Shown: positions 1-9,245, numbered from the stretch's first letter. The stretch is 32,745 nucleotides of DNA from an uncultured Thermotogae bacterium (GCA_964495585.1 CAZBWD010000001.1:1-32745), one strand, 5' to 3'. Numbers and translations: made by a program. The notes: generated from the sequence alone by a model not told the origin.

Positions 1-3
1 GGG

Positions 4-480
4 GTGCGGTTCTACCTCGCCGAGGCCGGGGAGCCCGCGGAGCAGGTCGGCCGAATCCCGGAGTCGCGGATCGTCCGGACCTCCGCCGATCTCCTTTTCC
101 CACCGATCCTCCTGCTCGGAGCGTACCTCGTCCTCTTCGGGCACCTCTCCCCAGGCGGCGGGTTCGCCGGAGGCACGGTCGCGGGGACCGGCCTGCTCCT
201 GTGCGCGGTCGCCCTCGGGGCGGATGTCGTCGCGAAGCGGTTCCACGAGGCGACGCTCGAACGGTTGGAGTGGCAGATCCTTCTCGTCATCCTCCTTCTC
301 GCCTTGGTCCCCGTGCTGTTCGGAAAGGCCCCACTCACCGACCTGCTCCCCCGGGGTGTCGTGGGACATCCGATCAGCGGGGGATCGATCCTCCTGTACA
401 ACGTGCTCGTCGGGGCCAAGGTCTTCATCGGCGCCTGGGCGGTCATCTACGCCTTCACCCGCCACCGGGGGGAGATCTAG
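4..480 (+). CDS. mnhB: Mrp/Mnh-type cation:proton antiporter subunit B-like membrane protein
   Basis: GTG at 4 opens a 158-aa hydrophobic ORF with an MnhB-type motif (GHLSPGGGFAGG). The frame stays open to the window edge, so the true start may lie upstream. Confidence 0.7.
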   Translation: MRFYLAEAGEPAEQVGRIPESRIVRTSADLLFPPILLLGAYLVLFGHLSPGGGFAGGTVAGTGLLLCAVALGADVVAKRFHEATLERLEWQILLVILLLALVPVLFGKAPLTDLLPRGVVGHPISGGSILLYNVLVGAKVFIGAWAVIYAFTRHRGEI

Positions 481-839
481 TGCGGCCGTTCGACGGGGTG
501 GCGATCGCGATCCTGCTTCTCGGGATCGGCTTGCTCGGTCTGATCCTCCGCCGGGACCTCGTCATGAAGCTCCTCTGCCTGGGACTCGTCGACTCGAGCG
601 CGATCCTCTGCCTTGTCTCCCTGGGCGCGCGGCAGGACGGGGCCTCGCCGATCCTCCGCTCTCCGGTCACCGCTCCCTATGTCGACCCCCTGCCTCAGGC
701 GCTTGTCCTGTCGGCGATCGTCATCAACTTCGCCCTCGTCGCGCTCGCCCTCGTCTTCGTCATGCTCCTGGTGGAGCGGTATCACACCACTGATCCGCAG
801 CGGATCGAGCACGAGATCGCCGCGGAGGAGGAACCGTGA
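480..839 (+). CDS. mnhC: Mrp/Mnh antiporter subunit C-like (NuoK-like) membrane protein
   Basis: GTG at 480 overlaps the upstream TAG by 1 nt. The 119-aa product VRPFDGVAIAILLLGIGLLGLILRRDLVMKLLCLGL... has about three hydrophobic helices and an acidic tail, matching the size and pattern of MnhC/NuoK. Confidence 0.7.
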   Translation: MRPFDGVAIAILLLGIGLLGLILRRDLVMKLLCLGLVDSSAILCLVSLGARQDGASPILRSPVTAPYVDPLPQALVLSAIVINFALVALALVFVMLLVERYHTTDPQRIEHEIAAEEEP

Positions 840-2368
840 TCGCCGCGCTCTTTCCCCTCCTGCACCTCGTCTGGGGACCGCTTTCTCTCGCCTGGGGGGG
901 ACGGGCGCGGTGGATCGCGACGGGGGGGCTCATCTTCGACGGGATCCTGCTCGGCCTGCTCGCAAGCCGGCTCGCCGGCGGCGGTGAGGTCCGCGTCCTC
1001 CTGGGGGGATGGGGCCCAGGCCTGGGGATCGTCCTGGTTGCAGACGAGACCGCGTTGTGGTTCGCGATCCTGCTCGTCCTCCTCGAGGCCGGTGTCCTCT
1101 CCTACGTGCGACGGACCGCGCTTCGGCCATACTTCTTCATGCTCTTCCATCTCCTCCTTGGCTCCGCTACGGCCCTCCTCTTCTCCCGCGACCTGTTCAA
1201 CATCTACGTGATCCTCGAGCTGCTGACCTTCACCAGCTACCTCTTGGTCGGCTACGAGCGTAAGTCGAGACAGATCTGGGCAGGGCTCAAGTACCTGATC
1301 ATCGCATCGCTCGGCATGAACCTTTACCTCCTCGGGGCCGCCGTCGTCTACCACCACACGGGCACGCTCGATCTGACCCTCCTTGCGCAGCGGCTCCCGG
1401 CGTCGGCCCCGTGGATCCCACTGGCGACCGCCCTGCTCATCGGCGGCGTGTCGGTCAAGGCTGGCGTTTTCCTGTTCTCGCTTTGGCTCCCGGCGGCCCA
1501 CGCCAGCGCGCCCCCCGCCGTCTCCGCCCTCCTCTCCGGTCTCGTGATCAAGATGGGGGTCGTGGTGCTCTCGCGGCTGGCCCCGCTGTTCCCGGTTCGG
1601 ACCGTCCTTCTCATGCTGGCCGGGATCACCGGGATTGCGGGGATCCTCTACGCCTACGTCGCGCTCGACCTGAAACGCATGCTTGCCTTCCACACGCTGT
1701 CTCAGATCGGGTACCTCCTCTTCGGGATCGGCCTGGGTTCGCGGGCCGGCCTGCTCGGTGCCACGGAGTACGCGCTGTCGCACGGCCTGTTCAAGGCCCT
1801 GCTCTTCCTCGCCGCCGGCACAGCGGTCGTCTCCACCGGTCGCGGGGATGTCCCGGGGCTCATTCGCGAGCGGCATCGGATTCCCCGGTCAACACGCCTC
1901 GCTCTGCTCATCGGGACGCTCGGGATCGTCGGCCTCCCGCCGCTCGCCGGCTTCTGCGGCAAGGTCACCCTGTGCTCAGAGCTCCCTTCTCCGTTCCTGC
2001 TTGCGCTGCCGCTGTCGTTCACGCTCGGAACGGCGATCTCCTTCTCGAAACTGATCCCGCTGTTCACTTTCTCTCCGGGGCCGAACGCCCCGCTCGGCCA
2101 CGCCTGCGCGTACGCGGTGCTTGCGATCCCAATCCTGTTCTTCCTTCCGGCTGTGCGCCCCCTCCTTTCCGCCGCGGATTGGCGAATCGCCCTTCACCCC
2201 CTCCCGTACGCCGAGACCGGAGGGGCGATCGCCCTGGGGTGGGGGATCTACCGGCTTCTTCCCACGCGCAGGCTCCCACTCCCGCAACGGATCTTCCGCC
2301 TGGAAGAGGCGATCCTCGCCCTCCTCGGCGCCCTCCTGTTCGTCCTCGGTCTCTGCTACTTCGGCTAA
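836..2368 (+). CDS. mnhD: Mrp/Mnh antiporter subunit D-like (NuoN/NuoM-family proton-translocating subunit)
   Basis: GTG at 836 overlaps the upstream stop (GTGA). The 510-aa polytopic protein has the Proton_antipo_M-type core (FLFSLWLPAAHASAPPAVSALLSGLVIKMGV; AFHTLSQIGYLL). Confidence 0.8.
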   Translation: MIAALFPLLHLVWGPLSLAWGGRARWIATGGLIFDGILLGLLASRLAGGGEVRVLLGGWGPGLGIVLVADETALWFAILLVLLEAGVLSYVRRTALRPYFFMLFHLLLGSATALLFSRDLFNIYVILELLTFTSYLLVGYERKSRQIWAGLKYLIIASLGMNLYLLGAAVVYHHTGTLDLTLLAQRLPASAPWIPLATALLIGGVSVKAGVFLFSLWLPAAHASAPPAVSALLSGLVIKMGVVVLSRLAPLFPVRTVLLMLAGITGIAGILYAYVALDLKRMLAFHTLSQIGYLLFGIGLGSRAGLLGATEYALSHGLFKALLFLAAGTAVVSTGRGDVPGLIRERHRIPRSTRLALLIGTLGIVGLPPLAGFCGKVTLCSELPSPFLLALPLSFTLGTAISFSKLIPLFTFSPGPNAPLGHACAYAVLAIPILFFLPAVRPLLSAADWRIALHPLPYAETGGAIALGWGIYRLLPTRRLPLPQRIFRLEEAILALLGALLFVLGLCYFG

Positions 2369-2385
2369 CTGGCAGCGGCACGTCG

Positions 2386-2414
2386 TTGCCCGCACTGCCA
2401 CGGGTTCGTACAAT
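2386..2414 (+). promoter_or_regulatory. candidate sigma70-type promoter for the tdh-like gene
   Basis: TTGCCC (2386-2391), 17-nt spacer, TACAAT (2409-2414). It is followed by SD GGAAGGGGGA and a TTG start at 2444. Confidence 0.4.
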
Positions 2415-2443
2415 ACGGGACCGCATGAGGGAAGGGGGATTCA

Positions 2444-3421
2444 TTGACCAAAACGACGAAGCGGATCCTTGTCACCGGAGCGGTGGGACAGATCGGCTCC
2501 GAGCTCACCCTGGCGCTCCGGGAGCGCTACGGAGCGCAGCACGTGATCGCCGCGGGGCATCGAACGCCCCCTAGTGCGACGTTGCGGAACTCCGGACCGT
2601 TCCTAACGCTCGACGTGCTCGATCGGGGGGTGATCGAACAGGCGGTCACTGAGCACCGAATCGATACGATCTATCACATGGCCGCGATCCTCTCCGCGGT
2701 CGGGGAAGAGAGGCCACAACTCGCCTGGAATGTCAACATGACGGGGCTGTACAACGTCCTCGAGGTCGCACGCGAAAGGAAGCTCGCGCAGGTCTTCCTC
2801 CCAAGCTCGATCGCCGTCTTCGGCCCTGAGACACCCCACGACTGCGCCCCGCAGGAGGGCCCTCTCCATCCGACGACCATGTACGGCGTCACGAAGGTCG
2901 CCGGGGAGCTCATGGGCGACTATTACGTACGGCGATTCGGCCTGGACGTGCGTGGCTTGCGCTACCCAGGGATCATCTCGAGCGAGACGCCACCGGGCGG
3001 CGGGACGACCGACTACGCGGTGGCCATCTTCTACGAGGCAGTCAAGCGGGCGCGCTACACCTGCTTCGTGCGGGAGGACACGGTCCTGCCGATGATGTAC
3101 ATGCCGGACTGCATCAAGGCGACGATCGACCTGATGGAGGGCGACCACGACCGCTTGGTTCACCACTGCGACTTCAACCTTGCCGGGATGACCTTCTCGG
3201 CCGGAGAGCTCGCCGCCGAGATCCGCAAGCACATCCCTGGCTTTGTCTGCCGCTTCGTTCCCGACAAGCGGCAGGCGGTCGCCGATTCCTGGCCGCAGCG
3301 GGTCGATGACACCGCGGCCCGCACGGAGTGGGGCTGGTCCCCGGACTACGACCTTCCCGCGATGACCGAGGCGATGCTCTCCCGCCTGCGGGAGCGGCAG
3401 GAGCGTAGCGAGTTGCCCTAG
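2444..3421 (+). CDS. tdh: NAD-dependent epimerase/dehydratase-fold enzyme, SDR-type L-threonine 3-dehydrogenase-like
   Basis: 325 aa. Has an N-terminal Rossmann motif (VTGAVGQIGSEL), a YxxxK catalytic motif (YGVTKVAGE), and the PGGGTTDYAV motif I associate with UDP-glucose-4-epimerase-like threonine dehydrogenases. TTG start 4 nt after a strong SD. Confidence 0.7.
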   Translation: MTKTTKRILVTGAVGQIGSELTLALRERYGAQHVIAAGHRTPPSATLRNSGPFLTLDVLDRGVIEQAVTEHRIDTIYHMAAILSAVGEERPQLAWNVNMTGLYNVLEVARERKLAQVFLPSSIAVFGPETPHDCAPQEGPLHPTTMYGVTKVAGELMGDYYVRRFGLDVRGLRYPGIISSETPPGGGTTDYAVAIFYEAVKRARYTCFVREDTVLPMMYMPDCIKATIDLMEGDHDRLVHHCDFNLAGMTFSAGELAAEIRKHIPGFVCRFVPDKRQAVADSWPQRVDDTAARTEWGWSPDYDLPAMTEAMLSRLRERQERSELP

Positions 3422-3431
3422 GAAAGCGAAG

Positions 3432-3490
3432 CCCCCTTCACGCGGCCGTCCGTGCGAAGGGGACCCTACCTTTTTCTTCGGATGGATTCG
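3432..3490. terminator. hairpin between convergent tdh-like gene and rplQ (probable bidirectional intrinsic terminator)
   Basis: CCCCTTCACGCGG...CCGTGCGAAGGGG stem (about 3433-3472, one mismatch and one G:U). Followed on the plus strand by CCTTTTTCTT and on the minus strand by CTTCGCTTTCC. Confidence 0.5.
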
Positions 3491-3498
3491 TGTGTTGA

Positions 3499-3849
3499 CT
3501 AAACGAGCATCAGGCGCGCCAGCTCGGCGCCGTCGCCTTGCCGCGGGCCGAGCTTGACCAGCCGGGTATAGCCGCCCGGCCGATCCTTGAACCGCGGGCC
3601 GATCTCCTCGAACAGCTTGTCAACCGCCTGCTTGTCCTGGAGGCGGGAGAAGACGATCCGCCGCGCGTGTCCGTCCCCCCGCCGCGCCAGGGTGATCAGC
3701 CGCTCGGCATACCGCTGCCCGGCCCTCGCGCGCGCAAACGTCGTGTCCACCCGCTCGTTTTGGATGAGGCCCTTTGCCAGGTTCGCCAAGACGCTCTCCC
3801 GACGCGCCTTCGGCATCCCGATCTTCTCCACTGTCCGCCGGTGCCTCAT
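3499..3849 (-). CDS. rplQ: 50S ribosomal protein L17
   Basis: 116 aa, MRHRRTVEKIGMPKARRESVLANLA... is a typical L17 N-terminus. Last gene of the alpha cluster. Confidence 0.95.
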   Translation of the reverse strand: MRHRRTVEKIGMPKARRESVLANLAKGLIQNERVDTTFARARAGQRYAERLITLARRGDGHARRIVFSRLQDKQAVDKLFEEIGPRFKDRPGGYTRLVKLGPRQGDGAELARLMLV

Positions 3850-4793
3850 CTCACCTCCTCCCCTTCCCGTTTGAGGGCGTAGCCGAGCTCCCGCAGCCGA
3901 TCCTCCACCTTGCTCAGGGTCTTGGCCCCGAAGCCATGGATGTCGAGGAGTTCCTCACGCGGACGGGCCAGAAGCTCACCGAGTGTCATGATCTCGGCCT
4001 CCCGCAGCAGGTTGCAAGCGCGCTGCTCGAGCCCGAGGTCTTCGAGGGCAATCGTCAGCGCCCCCTCCTCCTCCTTCTCCTCCTCGACCGCGAGGCCGAA
4101 CGGATGCTCGGCGAACCCCTGGAACAGGTCCAGGTGCCGGCGAAGGATCCGGGCCGCCTCGGAGAGGGCCTCCTCGGGCTTGATCCCACCGTTGGTCGAC
4201 AGTTCGAGGATCAGTCGTTCATACCCGGTTTTCCCACCGACGCGCGTCTCCTCGATCGCGAAGTTCACCTGCCGGACCGGGGAGAAGTCGGAGTCGATGG
4301 GAATGACCGACAGCGGCAAGTCGTCGAGCCGGTTCATCTCGGCGGCGCGGTACCCATACCCAGCTTCCACCTCGAGCTCGATCTCCAGGGATCCCTTCTC
4401 GTTCAGCGTCGCGATGTGAAGGCCGGGGTTGATGACCTCCACGCCCGCAGGGAGCTCGAGGTCGGCCGCCGTGACGGTGCAGGGGCCCTGCTTGTCAAGG
4501 GCGAGCCGTTTCAGCTCCTCTCCGTCCCGCAGCCGCAGCGCCAGCCCTTTGATGTTGAGGATGATCTCCAGGATGTCCTCTCGAACCCCCTCGATCGTGT
4601 CGTACTCGTGGGTCTTGCCCGCGAAGTTGACGCGGACGACCGCCGCACCAGGGATCGACGAGAGAAGGACCCGACGCAGGCTGTTTCCCAGTGTGGTGGC
4701 GAACCCGCGCTCGAGCGGCTCGATGATGATCCGCCCCTGCGTGTCGTGCAACTCATCGACCTTCACCTCCGAGGGAAAGACCAGCTCGTTCAT
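3846..4793 (-). CDS. rpoA: DNA-directed RNA polymerase subunit alpha
   Basis: 315 aa with the N-terminal dimerisation domain (RGFATTLGNSLRRVLLSSIPGAAV) and a C-terminal HhH domain (LEDLGLEQRACNLLREAEIMTLGELL). 4-nt ATGA overlap with rplQ. Confidence 0.96.
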   Translation of the reverse strand: MNELVFPSEVKVDELHDTQGRIIIEPLERGFATTLGNSLRRVLLSSIPGAAVVRVNFAGKTHEYDTIEGVREDILEIILNIKGLALRLRDGEELKRLALDKQGPCTVTAADLELPAGVEVINPGLHIATLNEKGSLEIELEVEAGYGYRAAEMNRLDDLPLSVIPIDSDFSPVRQVNFAIEETRVGGKTGYERLILELSTNGGIKPEEALSEAARILRRHLDLFQGFAEHPFGLAVEEEKEEEGALTIALEDLGLEQRACNLLREAEIMTLGELLARPREELLDIHGFGAKTLSKVEDRLRELGYALKREGEEVR

Positions 4794-4803
4794 ATCGGCC
4801 TCC

Positions 4804-5427
4804 TTAGCGGGAGTAGAACTCGACGATCAGGTTTGCAGCGATCGAGTAGCCGGTCTCTTCCAGATTGGGAGAGGCGATCGTCTGAAAGGTCATCTTCTCC
4901 GGATTCTTCTCCAACCAGCTCGGGGTTTCACGATCCTTGTTCGCCTCGACGATCCCCCGCAAACGAGCCTGCCGCCCCTCCTTGACCCCCACGATGTCCC
5001 CTTCCCGCAGGAGCGTCGAGGGGATGTTCGTCGGTCGGCTGTTCAGCTGGAAGTGGCCGTGCGTGATCAGCTGCCTCGCCTGATCCCGCGAGGCAGCGAA
5101 GCCGGCCCGGTAGACGGCGTTGTCGAACCGTCGCTCCAGAAGCGTCAGCAGGGCCTCACCGGTCGCCCCCTTGCGCCGCTTGGCCTGCGCAACGTAGTTG
5201 CGAAACTGGCTCTCCCGAACCCCGTAGGTCCGGCGCGCCTTCTGCTTCTCCCGCAGGTGGAGGAGATACTGACTCCTGCGAGGGCGGTGCTTCTTCGGCC
5301 GCTCCCCCGGCGGCGTGGTCCGCCGCCCCACCGGGCAGCTCGACGAATAGCACCGATCACCCTTCAGGAAAAGCTTCTCGCCTTCACGGCGGCACTTTCT
5401 GCACTTCGGCCCTGTGTCCCTTCCCAT
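4804..5427 (-). CDS. rpsD: 30S ribosomal protein S4 (Cys4 zinc-knuckle form)
   Basis: The track ORF 4804..5676 is trimmed to the internal ATG at 5427 (MGRDTGPKCRKCRREGEKLFLKG...), giving a 207-aa S4. That ATG shares 1 nt with the rpsK stop (TAATG). Confidence 0.93.
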   Translation of the reverse strand: MGRDTGPKCRKCRREGEKLFLKGDRCYSSSCPVGRRTTPPGERPKKHRPRRSQYLLHLREKQKARRTYGVRESQFRNYVAQAKRRKGATGEALLTLLERRFDNAVYRAGFAASRDQARQLITHGHFQLNSRPTNIPSTLLREGDIVGVKEGRQARLRGIVEANKDRETPSWLEKNPEKMTFQTIASPNLEETGYSIAANLIVEFYSR

Positions 5428-5777
5428 TATCTTCTCCCCCTGTTCCCGCTGTGGGAGACCGGAGTCACGTTCCTCACTTCTTCCACCCGAATGCCGGACC
5501 CCTTGATGGTCTGAATGACGGACTGCCGCCCCGATCCAGTCCCCTTCACCGCGACGTCGACCGATCGCACCCCGATGTCCTTCAGCTCGCGCACGAGCGC
5601 CTCGGCCGCGATCTGCGCGGCGTAGGGCGTGCCCTTCCGCGACCCCTTGTACCCCACCATCCCCGGGCTCTTCCACATGACCGGATTGTCGTTCTGGTCA
5701 GTCACCGTGATGATGGTGTTGTTGTAGGTCGCATGGATGTGAATCCGCGCCCGCTCAAGCTTGATGTTCTTGGCCAT
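5427..5777 (-). CDS. rpsK: 30S ribosomal protein S11
   Basis: 116 aa with the S11 signature (ARIHIHATYNNTIITVTDQ...GTPYAAQIAAE). Confidence 0.95.
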   Translation of the reverse strand: MAKNIKLERARIHIHATYNNTIITVTDQNDNPVMWKSPGMVGYKGSRKGTPYAAQIAAEALVRELKDIGVRSVDVAVKGTGSGRQSVIQTIKGSGIRVEEVRNVTPVSHSGNRGRR

Positions 5778-5779
5778 CC

Positions 5780-6145
5780 CTACCTCTTCTTCCCCGCCTT
5801 GGCCGGTCGCGGACCCTTCCAGGTGCGCGCGTTCGATCGCGTCCGCTGTCCATGGACCGGAAGGCGCCGCTTGTGCCGGATGCCTCGGTAAGCGTTGATA
5901 TCCTTCAGCCGCTGGATACTCGCGTGCACGCGACGGCGGAGGTCCCCCTCAACCACGTACTGCTCCACTTCCCGTCGCAGAGCCGACACCTCCTGTTCGG
6001 TCAGGTCCTTGCATCGAATGTCCGGTGAGATGCCGGCCTTCTCGATGATCTGTGCCGCCCGCACCCGACCGATGCCGTAGATATAGCACAGACCGATCTC
6101 GATCCGCTTGTCGTTAGGCAGGTTGACCCCAGCAATCCGCGCCAT
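5780..6145 (-). CDS. rpsM: 30S ribosomal protein S13
   Basis: The track ORF is trimmed to the ATG at 6145 ([26 protein letters not shown]...), the canonical S13 N-terminus. The upstream extension would run through rpmJ. Confidence 0.94.
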   Translation of the reverse strand: MARIAGVNLPNDKRIEIGLCYIYGIGRVRAAQIIEKAGISPDIRCKDLTEQEVSALRREVEQYVVEGDLRRRVHASIQRLKDINAYRGIRHKRRLPVHGQRTRSNARTWKGPRPAKAGKKR

Positions 6146-6156
6146 CTTGTCTCCCC

Positions 6157-6270
6157 TTAGCCCTGTCGCTGCTTGTGCTTCGGATTCGTGCAGATCACCA
6201 TGATCCGCCGGTTGCGGCGGATCAGCTTGCACTTTGTGCACATCTTCTTCACTGAACTCCGTACCTTCAT
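6157..6270 (-). CDS. rpmJ: 50S ribosomal protein L36
   Basis: Not in the ORF track (too short). My hand translation of the minus strand gives [37 protein letters not shown] plus stop, a canonical 37-aa zinc-type L36 between infA and rpsM. Confidence 0.93.
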   Translation of the reverse strand: MKVRSSVKKMCTKCKLIRRNRRIMVICTNPKHKQRQG

Positions 6271-6289
6271 CGTGTCCTTCGCACGGCGG

Positions 6290-6517
6290 CTAGCTCTCCC
6301 GGTACACGATCCGCCCCTTGGTCAGGTCGTAGGGAGAGAACTCCACGATCACCCGGTCCCCGGTCAGGATCCGGATGTAGTGTTTGCGGATCCTCCCCGA
6401 GATGTGACAGAGGACCACGTGGTCGTTCGGGAAACGGACGCGGAACATCGAGCTGGGAAGGCTTTCGATCACTTCGCCCCGCTGGCGAATCACATCTCGC
6501 CCTTTCTTCGGGCCCAA
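6290..6517 (-). CDS. infA: translation initiation factor IF-1
   Basis: S1-like core ([60 protein letters not shown]). I prefer the TTG start at 6517 (SD GAGGT, 5-nt spacer, 75-aa product). The longest ORF reaches a GTG at 6580 (96 aa), but its SD has no spacer. Confidence 0.85.
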   Translation of the reverse strand: MGPKKGRDVIRQRGEVIESLPSSMFRVRFPNDHVVLCHISGRIRKHYIRILTGDRVIVEFSPYDLTKGRIVYRES

Positions 6518-6557
6518 AGGAGACCTCGACTGCCGCTTTCCTCCCTGCTTGTCCGCC

Positions 6558-7322
6558 TTAGCCACTGCGCTCAGATTCACCTCCTCCGGTCAGGATATCC
6601 GCTCCATCCTCCGTCACCGCGATCGTGTGCTCGAAGTGGGCGGCAAGTCCGTCGGCACGCACGGTCCACCCGTTCTCCAGGACGCGTGTCGGGCCTGGAC
6701 TGACCTTCACCATCGGTTCAATCGCAAAGACCATCCCTGCACGCAGGCGCGGCCCGTGCCCCGGGGAACCGTAGTTGGGTATCTGGGGATCCTCGTGGAG
6801 CTCCCTTCCGATCCCGTGACCGACATACTCCCGGACCACGTGGAAGCCCGCCTGCTCCACATAGGTGCCGATCGCGTGCGAGATATCCGACAACCGGTTT
6901 CCAATTGTAACCTGCTCAATCCCTTTCCACAAGCTATCCCTCGTCACCGCGAGCAGCCGGCGGGCGGTCCTGTTGATCACACCGATCGGCACCGTCGTCG
7001 CCATATCGGCAAACAGGCCGTCCCGAACCAGGCCGATGTCGATCGACAGGATGTCTCCTTCGCGCAGCACCGTGCTCCGCGAGGGGATCCCGTGCACGAC
7101 TTCCTCATTGATCGACGTGCAGATCGTCGCCGGGAACCCTCGGTATCCCTTGAACGCGGGCCGCGCTCTCCCCTGACGGATCAGGTCCTCGGCCAGGGCA
7201 TCGAGCCTCGCCGTCGTCGTCCCGGGCGCCGCTACTCCGCAGACCGCTTCAAGCGTCCTTGCCAGCAACCGCCCGTTCTCCCGCATGATCTCAAGCTCGG
7301 CCTGCGACTTGACGACGATCAT
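6558..7322 (-). CDS. map: type I methionine aminopeptidase
   Basis: 254 aa, [21 protein letters not shown]..., with metal-ligand contexts typical of MAP ([26 protein letters not shown]). Confidence 0.94.
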   Translation of the reverse strand: MIVVKSQAELEIMRENGRLLARTLEAVCGVAAPGTTTARLDALAEDLIRQGRARPAFKGYRGFPATICTSINEEVVHGIPSRSTVLREGDILSIDIGLVRDGLFADMATTVPIGVINRTARRLLAVTRDSLWKGIEQVTIGNRLSDISHAIGTYVEQAGFHVVREYVGHGIGRELHEDPQIPNYGSPGHGPRLRAGMVFAIEPMVKVSPGPTRVLENGWTVRADGLAAHFEHTIAVTEDGADILTGGGESERSG

Positions 7323-7945
7323 CCAGCAAGGAGCTCCATGATCCTGTTGCTCACCGCCTCCATGGGGAGCGTCCCGTCGATCTCCCGGAGGATCCCCCGG
7401 GCCCGGTACAGGTCGATCAGCGGCGCGGTCGCCTCCATGTAGACGTCATAGCGATTCTCGATGACGTCCGGCCGATCGTCGTCCCGTCGGTAGAGCTCGC
7501 CCCCGCACTGGGCGCAGCGCGCATCGTTCTTCGGGGGATTGAACAGGAGATTGTAGATCCTACCACACTCCTTGCAGACCCGCCGCGACGACAGTCGATC
7601 GATGACCGCGGCGCGAGACAGCGCGATGTTGATCGTCAGGTCGAGCGGCGTGATCCGCGACAGGGCATCCGCCTGAGCCACGGTCCGCGGGAAGCCGTCG
7701 AGGATGAAGCCGTCCGCCTTGGAGATCCGGGAGCGGATCATGTCGATAATCAGCGGGTCGGGGACCAGATCCCCGCGGTCCATATGCCCCTTCGCCTTGC
7801 CCCCGAGCTCCGTCGCGCGCGCGACCTCGTCGCGCAGGATGTCACCGGTCGACAGGTGGACGAATCCCGTCTTTTTTGCAATGAGCTTGGCCTGGGTCCC
7901 CTTGCCGGCTCCGGGAGGACCGAGAAACGCGATGTGTTTCAGCAT
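7319..7945 (-). CDS. adk: adenylate kinase (Cys4 zinc lid)
   Basis: 208 aa with a P-loop (GPPGAGKGTQ) and lid (CKECGRIYN...CAQCGGEL). 4-nt overlap with map. Confidence 0.95.
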   Translation of the reverse strand: MLKHIAFLGPPGAGKGTQAKLIAKKTGFVHLSTGDILRDEVARATELGGKAKGHMDRGDLVPDPLIIDMIRSRISKADGFILDGFPRTVAQADALSRITPLDLTINIALSRAAVIDRLSSRRVCKECGRIYNLLFNPPKNDARCAQCGGELYRRDDDRPDVIENRYDVYMEATAPLIDLYRARGILREIDGTLPMEAVSNRIMELLAG

Positions 7946-7954
7946 CTGTCCTCC

Positions 7955-9244
7955 CTACCTCCTTCGTCCGAGCAGCCCGCCCGACTTCACCAGGCTCTCG
8001 TAGTGCCGCATGACGAGGTGCGCCTCCATCTGCATGATCGTGTCCAGTCCCACCCCAACCACGATCAGAAGGGACGTCCCCCCGATGAGGTACATCCCGC
8101 TCAGCCCGCTCAGGCCTGCGAAGATATACGGAAGCACCGCCACCGCCGCCAGGAAGACCGCGCCCACGAGCAGGATGCGGTTGAGGACGCTCGAGATGTA
8201 GTCCGCCGTTGGTTTCCCCGGCCGCACCCCCGGGATGAACCCCCCGGACTCGCGCACGTTCTTCGCCACGTCCTGCGGGTCGAACACGATCGAGCTGTAA
8301 AAGTACGTGAAGAAGAAGATCAGGATCACGTAGGTGATCGTGTAGGGGAGGCTTCCGTTTTGCACATAAGGGACGAGCCACTGGAGCGAGGGGATCGAGC
8401 TGAACAGCGTCATCGGCATCGCCAGGAGCGCCGCCGCGAAGATGATCGGGATGACGCCGCCCTGGTTGACGCGGATCGGCAGGTGGGAGGTGTGTCCCCC
8501 GTAGACCCGTCGCCCCGACGTTCGCTTGGCATACTGGATCGCGATCTTGCGCTGCCCTTGCTGAATCATGATGACCCCGCCGATGACGACGACGAACAGG
8601 AAGATCAGCGCCACGCCCCAGAACGGGCTCGCCGTTCCCGTCGTGATGTCGTTGAAGGCGGTCTGTAGCTGAACAGGATACCGCGCCAGGATCCCGATCA
8701 TGATGATCATGCTGATCCCGTTGCCGATCCCGTTCTCGGTCATCCGTTCACCCAGCCACATGAGGAAGATCGTCCCCGCGGTCAGGCTGACAACCGAGAT
8801 GATGTAGAACCAGATGCCGCCGGCGGCCAATCCCCAGTTGACGACCAGCATGCTGATCGTGATCGCCTGGATGACGGCCAAGCCGAGGGTCGTCCAGCGG
8901 GTGTAGGCCGTGATCTTGCGCCGCCCCTCCCGCCCCTGTTCCTGCATCTCCTTGAGCTTCGGGATGACGGCCGCGAGCAAACTGAAGATGATCGACGCGT
9001 TGATGTAGGGGGTCACCCCCAGGGCGAACAGCGAAAACCGCTGCAATGCCCCCCCGGTGAACATGTTCAAGAAATCGAGGATGCCACCCTGTTGTCCGGC
9101 GAAGAAGTTCTTGAGTGCCGTTGGATCCACGCCCGGAACCGGGATGTGCGTTCCGAGGCGGAAGACGACGATCGCCCCGAGGGTGAACAGGATACGATCC
9201 CGCAGCTCGGGGATCTTGAACACATTGGCGATCTTCTCCCACAT
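7955..9244 (-). CDS. secY: preprotein translocase subunit SecY
   Basis: 429-aa polytopic protein, MWEKIANVFKIPELRDRILFTLG... In the canonical position between rplO and adk. Confidence 0.96.
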   Translation of the reverse strand: MWEKIANVFKIPELRDRILFTLGAIVVFRLGTHIPVPGVDPTALKNFFAGQQGGILDFLNMFTGGALQRFSLFALGVTPYINASIIFSLLAAVIPKLKEMQEQGREGRRKITAYTRWTTLGLAVIQAITISMLVVNWGLAAGGIWFYIISVVSLTAGTIFLMWLGERMTENGIGNGISMIIMIGILARYPVQLQTAFNDITTGTASPFWGVALIFLFVVVIGGVIMIQQGQRKIAIQYAKRTSGRRVYGGHTSHLPIRVNQGGVIPIIFAAALLAMPMTLFSSIPSLQWLVPYVQNGSLPYTITYVILIFFFTYFYSSIVFDPQDVAKNVRESGGFIPGVRPGKPTADYISSVLNRILLVGAVFLAAVAVLPYIFAGLSGLSGMYLIGGTSLLIVVGVGLDTIMQMEAHLVMRHYESLVKSGGLLGRRR

Positions 9245-9245
9245 G

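Noticed and set aside
2371-2399. Imperfect GGCAGCGG...CCGCACTGCC hairpin after the mnhD-like gene as a terminator.
   Set aside because: The stem is bulged and no U-tract follows. It also overlaps the candidate tdh promoter, so the evidence is insufficient.
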